From the IMG/VR virus record IMGVR_UViG_3300047445_000153, positions 17,906 to 81,905 of that record: a stretch of 64,000 nucleotides of DNA; one strand, 5' to 3'. Position 1 is the first letter of the stretch, and every line of letters begins with the position of its first letter. Origin of the DNA: a virus. The notes under the pieces are model-generated. The model searched no databases. It worked only from the letters and a program-made list of their open reading frames with translations, and was not told where the DNA came from. Of the stretch, positions 10,064-18,836 are shown piece by piece. The translations under genes and the position numbers were made by a program.

Positions 10064-13000
10064 ATGACCGACGCCGTAATCAACTACCCGAAACTCAGCG
10101 GAGCCGGTGGGGGCCAGAAGCAGCCCAGCCGCACCGACGACAACCTTTTCTCGCGCGACGTGGTAGAGATGGTCTTCGCCCTCGGTGAAGGCCCGATTCG
10201 TGGCCCGGTCGATGGCATGAAGACGATCTACGTCGGCGGGACCCCGCTGATGTCTCAGGACGGGAGTGTCAACTTCGACAGCTTCAACGTCGGGATCATG
10301 CGGGGCCACGCGGGCGATCCCCCGGTCAACTACCGCCTCGGCGGTGAGACGTCGAATACCGCGGTGGGCGTGCGGCTCTTCCAAGGGACTTGGGTCAGCC
10401 GAGCCACCAATGATTCGTTGAAGGGCAAGGTTGACCAGCTGCAAGCGCGGATGCTCTTCAACACGTTGTACAAGTCGAATGACGATGGCACGTTCAATCA
10501 CACCGCGTCATTCGAGATCCAGTACCGCCAATCCACCAGCCCGAACTGGACGGCGGTCAACGGTGGAACGATCAACGTCACGGGCAAGACGACGGCGGGG
10601 TATGTCGTCGACTACGTGTGGGACGTGCCGCGTGTGAACGACACGTGGGTCATCCGGGTGAAGAAGAACAACCCTGATTCAAGCACCACAGATTTCGCCG
10701 ACTTCAGCTGGGAGTCCTTTCAAGAGGTCACGAAGGGCAACCGCACGTACGATCGCGTGGCGCTCATGCACGTCGTCGCGCTCGCGACTAGCCAGTTCGG
10801 CTCGGTTCCGGAAATCGGCCTCGATATTGACGGTCTTGAGATCTTGGTCCCGACGAACTACAACCCGGATCTGCGTACCTACTCTGGTGCCTGGGATGGG
10901 TCGTTCAAGCAGGCGTGGACGAACAACCCTGCGTGGGTTCTCTATGACCTGATCATGAACCCCAACTACGGGCTGCGAAAGTACTACCCGTGGTTGACCT
11001 GCAATCGCTTTGACTTCTACGACGCTGCGGTGTTTTGCGATACGCCAGTGGCGAACGGACGGGGTGGGGCGCAGCCGCGCTACACGTTCAACATGTCGAT
11101 CAAGGACCAGCAGTCTGGGCTGGACATGTTGCAATACGTGGCGGGCTCGTTCGGTGCGATCATCTTTGATGACGCGACTGGAATGGTCCATCTGCGCGTC
11201 GACAAGTGGGAAGAACCCACCCTGCTCTTCACTCCCGAGAACGTGACGCCCGAGGGCTTCACCTACACGTTCACGGACATGACGACTCGATACAACGATC
11301 TCACCGTCAAGTTCGTGAACCCAGATCTTGACTGGCAAGAGGACATTCGTCCCGCTCGCAGCCCGGACCACATCGCTCTGAACGGAAGCATTCCGCTCAC
11401 CTTCGATGCTGTTGGCTGTACCGACGAGCATGAAGCGCTGCGTCGTGCCCACTACCGCCTCATCACGGCGACGACGGAATGCGCCACGGTGACGTTCACG
11501 ACCGCGCGGCTCGGTGTCCTTCTCGACCCGTACAAGACGATCTACGTCGCCGACCCAGTGACGGGCTGGGCTACGAGCGGCCGGATCAAGTCGATCGCTA
11601 ACGGCAAGATCAACCTTCGTGACCCGATCTACTTCACGCAGAACCAGAACTTCGGCCTTCGCTTGCAAACGACCACCGGGCTCGTGAACCTCGTGGTCAA
11701 CCCAGGCAAGGTCGGCGCGGTGTACGAGCTGTTGATCGTGAGCGGCGTGCTGCCGCCTAACATCCCTGACCGCACCGTGTTCTCGATCGAGGACAACGGC
11801 GGCTTCGGCTTGGCCAAGCCGTTCCGCGTCATGTCGATTGAACCGGTCGACAACAACCCGAACCAGTTCACTATCACTGCTGTTGAGATGAACGTCAACA
11901 AGCAGTGGGCGGCAGACAACTGCATCCCAATTGGTTCGGTTCCCTACTCGTTCAAGAACCCGTTGATCCCGCCCCCGCCAACCAACCTCGTTGCCGAGTC
12001 CGGTACCGACATGCTGCTGCTCGGCCAGGATGGTTCGATCATGGCGCGGATCTTCGCGCACTGGGACCCACCGGGCAACGCGCTGGTCGAGAAGTACATC
12101 ATCCGCTGGCGCGAAAGCCTCCAGTCGACGTGGTTCGAGACGAACAGCACGGGTGAAGGCGTGATCCTTGCACCTTGCAAGACCGGTACCCTGTACGACA
12201 TCGTGGTGGAGGCGGTGAGCGCGTTCGGCTACCGCAGCGCGCAGCTCGCGATGTGGAACTACAAGTGTGTCGGCAAGGACCAGCCCCCGAGCAACGTGAA
12301 GAACTTCCGCTTCGAGCGGCGCGCACTCGACATCCTGCTGAGCTGGGACGCGATCCCTGACCTCGACCGCTTCGGCTACGAGATCCGGCTGGGAGACACG
12401 TGGGATACCGCGAAGGTTCTGATCACTGACTATGCGGCGACGAAGTATGCGTGGACGACGGATACGGGAGGCTCGTACAGCTTCCTGATCCGAGCGAAGG
12501 ATACGTCGGGTAACTACTCGCCGCAGGCCACGCTGTGCTTGGCGCTCCTCGCTGGACCGTCGCCGGTCAGCGGTGTGATCGCGGTTCAGTCGGGCAACTT
12601 CGTCGACATCCGCTGGGACCCGAATCCCGAGGACAACATTCTCGACTACGAGATCCGTGAAGGAGCTACCTGGGCCACCGCGATCTTTCTCGCGAAGGTC
12701 AAGTCTACGAGCTACCACGTGACGGCGGGCGCCGCGGGCACGCGCCTATTCTGGCTCAAGGCCATCGCTTCACCGGGGATCTACTCCGACAAGGCGACGT
12801 TCGTCACGACCGACATCGCGAAGTCCGACAACACCAACCTGCTGTACACGACCGACGAAGTGGTGAACAACTTCCAAGGTGCGAAGTACAACATGGTCAC
12901 GTACGGCCCGAACCAGCTGCGTATGGACGACGGCCAAACCAAGTCGGAGTACATGTTCTCGGTCGCGCTGCCCGATGTGTTCAAGGCGCAGAACAGCTTG

Positions 13001-13657
13001 TTCATCGGGCTGAACGCCATCGTCGACGACAAGACGACGTGGGCTCAATCCACGTTCCCCTGGAATGACCCGATCGCAAACAAGACATGGACGACGCCGG
13101 GTGACGTCGCCTCGATCGTGTATAGCATCCAGATCGCAATGTCGGTAGGACTCCCGGCTAATGTCCTGTACCAGTGGCGGCTCGACAACGTGCTCACCTA
13201 CGCGGGCACCGGCGAGGATGGTGCGGTGGTCGAGAACCAGACCGTCACCTACAAGCCGAGCAAGTTCGGGGCGGGCCTCTGGTGTCAGGTCGCGCCGCTT
13301 CAACCGCTGCCGACTAAGGTGAAGTACAGCACCAACGTGCCGAACGCTTTCTCGATGAGCTTCTGGATCCTTCCTGATGACCTGACCGACAAGGTCTTCG
13401 CCACCGTGGTTGGCCGGGATGGCAAGTTCATCCGCATCGGCTACACCGCAGCTACGCAGTCACTGTATGCGATCGACAACGATGGTACGAAGGTATCGAT
13501 GCCGGTTGGTCTGCTTGTCGGCCAGCGCTACCTCGTCGGCTTGTCGCAGGACTTGAACGATCGCCGGATCTACTTCGGCAAAGAGAATGGCGCGTGGTAT
13601 CGCGCGTCGATCGCGAAGGCTGGCATTGGTGCCGGAATCTACGTCCAACTGTATTGA
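10064..13657 (+). CDS. Central tail tip / host specificity protein (gpJ-like)
   Basis: LGEGPIRG, WDGSFKQAWTNNPAWVLYDL, QPRYTFN, FN3-like repeats, C-terminal LamG-like region; ATG at 10064 preferred. Confidence 0.92.
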   Translation: MTDAVINYPKLSGAGGGQKQPSRTDDNLFSRDVVEMVFALGEGPIRGPVDGMKTIYVGGTPLMSQDGSVNFDSFNVGIMRGHAGDPPVNYRLGGETSNTAVGVRLFQGTWVSRATNDSLKGKVDQLQARMLFNTLYKSNDDGTFNHTASFEIQYRQSTSPNWTAVNGGTINVTGKTTAGYVVDYVWDVPRVNDTWVIRVKKNNPDSSTTDFADFSWESFQEVTKGNRTYDRVALMHVVALATSQFGSVPEIGLDIDGLEILVPTNYNPDLRTYSGAWDGSFKQAWTNNPAWVLYDLIMNPNYGLRKYYPWLTCNRFDFYDAAVFCDTPVANGRGGAQPRYTFNMSIKDQQSGLDMLQYVAGSFGAIIFDDATGMVHLRVDKWEEPTLLFTPENVTPEGFTYTFTDMTTRYNDLTVKFVNPDLDWQEDIRPARSPDHIALNGSIPLTFDAVGCTDEHEALRRAHYRLITATTECATVTFTTARLGVLLDPYKTIYVADPVTGWATSGRIKSIANGKINLRDPIYFTQNQNFGLRLQTTTGLVNLVVNPGKVGAVYELLIVSGVLPPNIPDRTVFSIEDNGGFGLAKPFRVMSIEPVDNNPNQFTITAVEMNVNKQWAADNCIPIGSVPYSFKNPLIPPPPTNLVAESGTDMLLLGQDGSIMARIFAHWDPPGNALVEKYIIRWRESLQSTWFETNSTGEGVILAPCKTGTLYDIVVEAVSAFGYRSAQLAMWNYKCVGKDQPPSNVKNFRFERRALDILLSWDAIPDLDRFGYEIRLGDTWDTAKVLITDYAATKYAWTTDTGGSYSFLIRAKDTSGNYSPQATLCLALLAGPSPVSGVIAVQSGNFVDIRWDPNPEDNILDYEIREGATWATAIFLAKVKSTSYHVTAGAAGTRLFWLKAIASPGIYSDKATFVTTDIAKSDNTNLLYTTDEVVNNFQGAKYNMVTYGPNQLRMDDGQTKSEYMFSVALPDVFKAQNSLFIGLNAIVDDKTTWAQSTFPWNDPIANKTWTTPGDVASIVYSIQIAMSVGLPANVLYQWRLDNVLTYAGTGEDGAVVENQTVTYKPSKFGAGLWCQVAPLQPLPTKVKYSTNVPNAFSMSFWILPDDLTDKVFATVVGRDGKFIRIGYTAATQSLYAIDNDGTKVSMPVGLLVGQRYLVGLSQDLNDRRIYFGKENGAWYRASIAKAGIGAGIYVQLY

Positions 13658-13659
13658 TC

Positions 13660-14121
13660 ATGCCGCACACAATCTCTGACGTTACGATCAAGTCAACCCT
13701 GCTCGACGACGACAGCTTCCCGGCGTTGCTCTACGGCGACGCCCCAGCTGGCTTCTCGAAGTTCCAAAACTTCTTCGCGGGTGACTACACCTACAAGAAC
13801 GCGATCTTCCGCCTCGGGATGGAGTCGGAGAACGGGGACCGGGGCATCATCGAAAAGCTCCAGCTGGTCGTCGATGTCCCCGACATCTTCGACCGGGGCT
13901 CGAAGATCATCAACGTGGCGAACAGCGTGCACGTCAACTTCAACCGCACGTTCCACATTCCACCCACGATGGTCGTGGCCGTGGAGAGCGCGAGTGATGC
14001 GTGCGTGGCGCGCGTGGTGGACGGCTCGGTGACGAAGACGGGCTTCGACTGCTACCTCGAACGTACGGTGGACAAGGCGAAGATCACAGGCGCGCTGACC
14101 TGGGCTGCGCACGCGTACTAA
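13660..14121 (+). CDS. Tail tip-associated protein (H-type lectin-like C-terminus)
   Basis: VNFNRTFHIPP..VTKTGFDC..WAAHAY pattern; follows gpJ. Confidence 0.5.
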   Translation: MPHTISDVTIKSTLLDDDSFPALLYGDAPAGFSKFQNFFAGDYTYKNAIFRLGMESENGDRGIIEKLQLVVDVPDIFDRGSKIINVANSVHVNFNRTFHIPPTMVVAVESASDACVARVVDGSVTKTGFDCYLERTVDKAKITGALTWAAHAY

Positions 14122-14156
14122 AACTCCTTGGGCGCGCTGGCCCGCGCCCGTAAAAT
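14120..14156 (+). promoter_or_regulatory. Promoter of fibre/radical SAM operon
   Basis: TTGGGC(14128-14133)-N17-TAAAAT(14151-14156). Confidence 0.5.
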
Positions 14157-14180
14157 TCGGGAACCAGAGGACACCACCAC

Positions 14181-15662
14181 ATGCAGCAATACACTCAGAT
14201 TCCAGACAGTGCGCGAGTCTCCGACTCGCTGCTGCCGCTCCTGAATAACGACCAGACCGCGATCTCGCGCAACTCCGGCCCGAACTTCCCGACCGTGGGG
14301 CTGGTCGTTGGCATGCCCTACTACAGCACGAGCCAGAACAAGCTCTATCGGCTGTCGAGCGTGTCACCGCTCACGTGGGTGGTCGAGCTGGATTACACGC
14401 GTCCCTTCGCCTATCAGGACAGCGTGGACGCGGCTAACGCGAACGCGAACGCGCGGGTGTCGCGAGCTGGCGACACCATGACCGGTTACCTGACGCTGGT
14501 CAACGACCCGGTCTCCGCGCTGCACGCCGCGTCGAAACGGTACGTCGATGCACAGGCAACGAATGCAATCAACAGCGCGAACTCGCGGGTCTCGCGTGGC
14601 GGCGACAGCATGTCGGGGTTCCTGACGCTGTACACCGATCCACAGCAGCCCTACCACGCCGCGACGAAGAACTACGTCGACTACCTCTACAACGTGGTGC
14701 AGGGCGCGAAGCTGAACCGTAACGGTGACACGCTCGGAGAGGTCTTCAACAACGGCTGGTACCGCTCGAACGGCGTGACGGGCTGGTACAGCCAGACCTT
14801 CGGCGGCGGGATCTTCATGCAGGATACGTCCAACGTGCGTATCTACGGCGGCAAGGGCTTCAGCACCGACTGGCACTCGCTCGAACAGGGCACGGGGATG
14901 ATTTGGACGAGTGGCTACGGCTGGCTTCACGAGCGCTTCGCGTCCAAGAGCGCCGAGGGCGCCCTGACTTCGGTCGGTACGCTGAACAGCCAGCCGAGTG
15001 GCGTCGTGCTGCCGCAGGCTTTCTACCTCCAGAAGAGCGGCAGTCAGGTGCAGCTGGTGCGTACGCTCGGCAACTGCAACTGCAACTGCGCCTGCACGTG
15101 CTTCCCGGCTGGGACGCGGATCCTGATGGGCGACCGCAAGACGTGGCGCACCGTTGAGTCGCTGATGGTTGGCGAGATCGTCATGACCCCCACCGGCCCC
15201 GAGCCGATCATCGAGATCGAGACGCCGTTCCTCGGCGAGCGCTCGATGTGCATGTTCGCCGACGGCTCGCTCAAGTGGACCGATGACCATGCGTTCTGGA
15301 CGCGCCGCGACGGCGTGGAAGGCTTCGCGGTGGTCGACAAGGCCTCGTTCATGAACGGGGTCCATGCGGGCGTCGTGAAGGGCCTGAATGACCATGACGA
15401 CCTACTGGAGCTGAACGACAAGCTCGACGAGTTCGCGCATCTCGATGGCTGGAAGAAGAAACGCGTGTTCCGCTACCCCGCCCCCGCCGAGACCAAGGTC
15501 TACCTGCCGATCGTCGGTGGCTCCCACATGATCATCGCGGAAGGCTTCGTCGTCAGCGCTGGCATGGACGAAGCCACCTTCGACTACGACAGCTTCGAGT
15601 GGAAGGGCATGGCCCTCGCCCACGTGCCGCTCAACAAGGAGCTGTTCAATGCTCGTCCATAA
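14181..15662 (+). CDS. Tail fibre with CxCxCxCxC motif and C-terminal Hint domain
   Basis: GDTMTG and DP...HAA.K.YVD fibre repeats; GWYSQTFGGGIFMQD module; GNCNCNCACT then CFPAGTRILM (Hint block A), TDDH (block B), VYLPIVGGSHMIIAEGFVVSA (block F/G without His-Asn). Confidence 0.85.
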   Translation: MQQYTQIPDSARVSDSLLPLLNNDQTAISRNSGPNFPTVGLVVGMPYYSTSQNKLYRLSSVSPLTWVVELDYTRPFAYQDSVDAANANANARVSRAGDTMTGYLTLVNDPVSALHAASKRYVDAQATNAINSANSRVSRGGDSMSGFLTLYTDPQQPYHAATKNYVDYLYNVVQGAKLNRNGDTLGEVFNNGWYRSNGVTGWYSQTFGGGIFMQDTSNVRIYGGKGFSTDWHSLEQGTGMIWTSGYGWLHERFASKSAEGALTSVGTLNSQPSGVVLPQAFYLQKSGSQVQLVRTLGNCNCNCACTCFPAGTRILMGDRKTWRTVESLMVGEIVMTPTGPEPIIEIETPFLGERSMCMFADGSLKWTDDHAFWTRRDGVEGFAVVDKASFMNGVHAGVVKGLNDHDDLLELNDKLDEFAHLDGWKKKRVFRYPAPAETKVYLPIVGGSHMIIAEGFVVSAGMDEATFDYDSFEWKGMALAHVPLNKELFNARP

Positions 15663-16350
15663 AAGCCTGATCCCCACGGATCTCTCAGAAGAAGACGCCG
15701 CTCGAATCACCGACATCGTCACCGTGCTGCCTACGGAGACGGGCTTCGTCTTGCAGTGCGCATCGCTCAGCCTCTACTGGCAGTTCAACATGAACCTCGT
15801 CCAGTATGGTAACGACATCATGTACTTGACCCGCACGCGCGGAGGTACGTGGGCCGTGATGTGGGCGACGGATCTGCACGAGTCGCGTGACAGCTGGTCT
15901 GAGGCGATGCTGCGCAAGAACGTCGATGAGTTCCGCCCGGTGGTGATGATCGGCATCAACCCCGAGAAGACCGACTACACGGCGATCCTCTTCTGCAACA
16001 CACGCGAACCGAACAACCCGAACCCCACGGTCGACAACTCGACGGACAGCGGCGACATGGCCATGAAGCGGTTGATGCCGAGCATCGAACCGCTGCTGCA
16101 ACGGCACTGGGCCAAGCACAAGCTACTCAAGCACACGAAGACGAACGACTCGCTCGCGGCGCTTGAGGCCCAGGTCGATCTGCTGACGAGCTGGTTGATC
16201 GAGCTGCTGCCTGCTGAGAAGGTGCAGCGACTCATCGATGCGGGCGTGCTGACGCTGAAGGATGAAGCCGCTACCCTCGACGACGTGGTGGCCTTCAAGA
16301 CAGCCTTGCGAGAACGCCAGCAGGTCTACCTCACCACCATCGGCAAATGA
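15649..16350 (+). CDS. Hypothetical protein overlapping both the fibre and radical SAM genes (possible chaperone/adaptor)
   Basis: 14-nt overlap with fibre, ATGA overlap with radical SAM; C-terminal coiled-coil-like SLAALEAQVDLL. Confidence 0.7.
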   Translation: MLVHKSLIPTDLSEEDAARITDIVTVLPTETGFVLQCASLSLYWQFNMNLVQYGNDIMYLTRTRGGTWAVMWATDLHESRDSWSEAMLRKNVDEFRPVVMIGINPEKTDYTAILFCNTREPNNPNPTVDNSTDSGDMAMKRLMPSIEPLLQRHWAKHKLLKHTKTNDSLAALEAQVDLLTSWLIELLPAEKVQRLIDAGVLTLKDEAATLDDVVAFKTALRERQQVYLTTIGK

Positions 16351-17693
16351 CAACCTTCGTCCTCAAAACGGCCGAGGGCCGCGACTTCTTCTACAACAAC
16401 ATGCGCAGCACGCTGGTCGACGCCTGCACGGGTCGCCCCGTGCTCGCTCCGCGAGAGGTTGACACCCCTCGAAGCCCTGCCCCGCAAGACTTCCGCAAGT
16501 CGGAAACGATCCGGACGCTGAAGATCCAGATGGGTCTGTCGTGCAACTACAGCTGCGAGTATTGCTCGCAGCGGTTCGTGCCGCACGCGGAGCCCACCGG
16601 CCCCTACTCGGTCGATCACTTCATCTCGCGCCTGAGCTGGAACGCCTCGCTCGCGGACGACGCCACGGTGGAGTTCTGGGGTGGCGAGCCACTGGTCTAC
16701 TGGAAGACGCTGGTCCCGCTCGTCGAGCAGCTGCGCATTCGCTACCCGGCGCTGACCTTCAAGATGATCACGAACGGGTCGCTGCTCGATCCGATGAAGG
16801 CGAGCTGGCTGATCGCGAATGGCTTCCACATCGGCATCTCGCACGACGGTCCTGGCCAAGCCGCACGCGGGCCGGACCCGCTCGATGATCCCGAGAAGCG
16901 CGAGGCGATCCTGATGCTGTACCGGCGCCTGCGACCGCTCGGGCGTATCAGTTTTAATGCAATGCTGCACTCGCAAAATACATCGCGTGCGGCGATACAA
17001 CAGTTCTTCGTCCGGCTGACGAACGACGCGGAAGTGCCCATCGGCGAGGGCATGTTTGTGGATGCCTACGACGAGGGCGGCAGGGGTATGTCTTTCCTTG
17101 ACGCTCAGGATCACGTCGACTATCGTCGCAAGGCGTTCGACGAGCTGAAGGCGGGGATGGCTCTCAATTTCAGCTCGGTGACCGAGAAGATCTACGACTT
17201 CGCAGACTCCTTGCAAACGGGTCGCTTGGCGTCCACCGTTGGCCAGAAGTGCGGTTCCGATCGCTCCGACAGCCTCACGGTGACGCTCGACGGCGATGTC
17301 CTCACGTGCCAGAACGTATCGGCTGTCTCCGTCGCCCCGAACGGAAAGAGCCACCGGGCTGGCTCGATCGAAGACATGGCTGCGGTGCGCGTGCAGTCCT
17401 CGCGCCACTGGTCGACCCGCGAGCACTGTTCCAGCTGCCCTGTCGTGCAGCTATGCAAAGGCTCTTGCATGTTCCTCGAAGGCGATCTCTGGGATGTCAC
17501 GTGCGATACCGCCTACAGCGATAACGTCGTGTTCCTGGCGACTGCCCTCTTGGAGCTGACAGGCTGTACGTTGCAACGCATCGAGCCGATGACTGGTTCG
17601 CTGCCCGAAACCCGCCAGAGTGTCTTCGGACCTCTGGCGCATAAGCGGACCACCACCCGCAAAATCATACGGATCGAAACGGAAAAATCATGA
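16347..17693 (+). CDS. Radical SAM/SPASM-domain enzyme (peptide/protein maturase type)
   Basis: CNYSCEYC (CxxxCxxC), FWGGEPL, ITNGSLL, ISHDG; SPASM-type C-terminus KCG...DGDVLTC...CSSCPVVQLCKGSC...C. Confidence 0.93.
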   Translation: MTTFVLKTAEGRDFFYNNMRSTLVDACTGRPVLAPREVDTPRSPAPQDFRKSETIRTLKIQMGLSCNYSCEYCSQRFVPHAEPTGPYSVDHFISRLSWNASLADDATVEFWGGEPLVYWKTLVPLVEQLRIRYPALTFKMITNGSLLDPMKASWLIANGFHIGISHDGPGQAARGPDPLDDPEKREAILMLYRRLRPLGRISFNAMLHSQNTSRAAIQQFFVRLTNDAEVPIGEGMFVDAYDEGGRGMSFLDAQDHVDYRRKAFDELKAGMALNFSSVTEKIYDFADSLQTGRLASTVGQKCGSDRSDSLTVTLDGDVLTCQNVSAVSVAPNGKSHRAGSIEDMAAVRVQSSRHWSTREHCSSCPVVQLCKGSCMFLEGDLWDVTCDTAYSDNVVFLATALLELTGCTLQRIEPMTGSLPETRQSVFGPLAHKRTTTRKIIRIETEKS

Positions 17694-18079
17694 GCACACC
17701 GCAAGCACCACAGCCACAGCAAGACCCGATGCCCCTCATCCGCACGTTGCAGGCGCAGCGCAACATGGCGCTCGACCAGCTGGCCGACACCAGCGCCGCG
17801 CTCGAACACGTGCAAGCCGTACTGCGTGGCACGCAGGAACTGGCCGCGAAGCAGCAGTCGGAGATCGACGATCTGAACATGCGGATGGGCAAGACGCTCG
17901 CCGCGCTGGCGAGCATGCAAGACTGCAACGCGAAGCTCACCGAGCAGAACCTCGATCTGCAAATCGATCTGGACGAGGCCCGTCGAGTTCCGGACGCGGA
18001 GATCGCGGTGGCCGTAGAGTCACCGGCAGGCGTGCTGACGCTGCCGGTGGCTTATCCGTCTGCTTCGGACGAGCTGTAA
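17690..18079 (+). CDS. Coiled-coil hypothetical protein
   Basis: ATGA overlap with radical SAM; heptad-rich. Confidence 0.65.
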   Translation: MSTPQAPQPQQDPMPLIRTLQAQRNMALDQLADTSAALEHVQAVLRGTQELAAKQQSEIDDLNMRMGKTLAALASMQDCNAKLTEQNLDLQIDLDEARRVPDAEIAVAVESPAGVLTLPVAYPSASDEL

Positions 18080-18081
18080 TC

Positions 18082-18168
18082 ATGCCCGTCTTCTTGGTCA
18101 TGTGGCTGTTCTGGTCGGTGATCCTGTCGCCGACCCGGCCTTCGGGATACGACCTGCCGAAGCCCTGA
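18082..18168 (+). CDS. Putative 28-aa hydrophobic peptide
   Basis: MPVFLVMWLFWSVILSPTRPSGYDLPKP, 2 nt after upstream stop and before terminator. Confidence 0.3.
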   Translation: MPVFLVMWLFWSVILSPTRPSGYDLPKP

Positions 18169-18193
18169 TACCACGCTGGTTCAAGCTGGTTCC

Positions 18194-18219
18194 AAAGGAC
18201 ACCGAACGGTGTCCTTTTT
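18194..18219 (+). terminator. Intrinsic terminator closing fibre/radical SAM operon
   Basis: AAAGGACACC-GAAC-GGTGTCCTTT plus T run. Confidence 0.75.
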
Positions 18220-18242
18220 CGTTTGTGGTGCAAAGAAACTCT

Positions 18243-18299
18243 TTGGACCAACGTAAACGCTCCCCTTAAAATTTCGGCACTCACCACCACCACGAGTGC
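18243..18299 (+). promoter_or_regulatory. Lysis promoter and leader hairpin
   Basis: TTGGAC-N18-TAAAAT then GCACTC-ACCACCACCAC-GAGTGC ending 3 nt before endolysin ATG. Confidence 0.55.
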
Positions 18300-18302
18300 T
18301 CG

Positions 18303-18836
18303 ATGTCCATCACCGCCGCCCAGCTCCAGAGGGTTTGGAAGCGCGCGCCGGCCGCGCGCTGTGCCCTGTTCGCCCCACTTCTCTCCGACGCGATGGCTCG
18401 CTTCGGTATCGACACGCTCGAAGAGACGGCCGAGTTCATCGCGCAGGTCTCGCACGAGTCTGGAGAAGGCCAGTGGCTTGAAGAGATTGCGAGCGGCAAG
18501 GCCTATGAAGGCCGCTTGGATCTCGGCAATACCGAGCCGGGGGACGGGGAAAAGTTTAAGGGTCACGGGATGATCCAGTGTACTGGCCGCAAGAACCATC
18601 TCTTGATGGGAATGCTGCTTGGCCTGGACCTCATCGCCAACCCTCGCCTGCTGTGTGAACCGAAGAACGCGTGTGACAGCGCTGCGGCTTTCTGGTGGAA
18701 CCACAAGCTCGACGACCTCGCGGCCAAGAAGGACTTCGTCAAGGTGACGAAGGTGGTCAACGGCGGTACGAACGGTCTAGCGGAACGGCAAGCCTACCTT
18801 GCACTCGCCCGCGCAGCGCTCACGGAGATTGCATAA
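18303..18836 (+). CDS. Endolysin, glycoside hydrolase family 19
   Basis: FIAQVSHESG, YEGRLDLGNTEPGDGEKFKGHGMIQCTGRKN, VNGGTNGLAER. Confidence 0.92.
   Translation: MSITAAQLQRVWKRAPAARCALFAPLLSDAMARFGIDTLEETAEFIAQVSHESGEGQWLEEIASGKAYEGRLDLGNTEPGDGEKFKGHGMIQCTGRKNHLLMGMLLGLDLIANPRLLCEPKNACDSAAAFWWNHKLDDLAAKKDFVKVTKVVNGGTNGLAERQAYLALARAALTEIA

Noticed and set aside
14755-14860. Shufflon or invertible fibre system suggested by the GWYSQTFGGG module
   Set aside because: No invertase, alternative 3' cassettes or inverted crossover sites seen
15072-15089. (AACTGC)3 as a diversity-generating retroelement or slippage tract
   Set aside because: No reverse transcriptase or template repeat in the window; the repeat follows from NCNCNC coding
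15099-15662. Splicing intein in the fibre gene
   Set aside because: No terminal His-Asn followed by Cys/Ser/Thr and no endonuclease; treated as a cleavage-type Hint domain
18277-18299. tRNA genes suggested by CCACCA
   Set aside because: No cloverleaf or T-loop upstream of any copy examined
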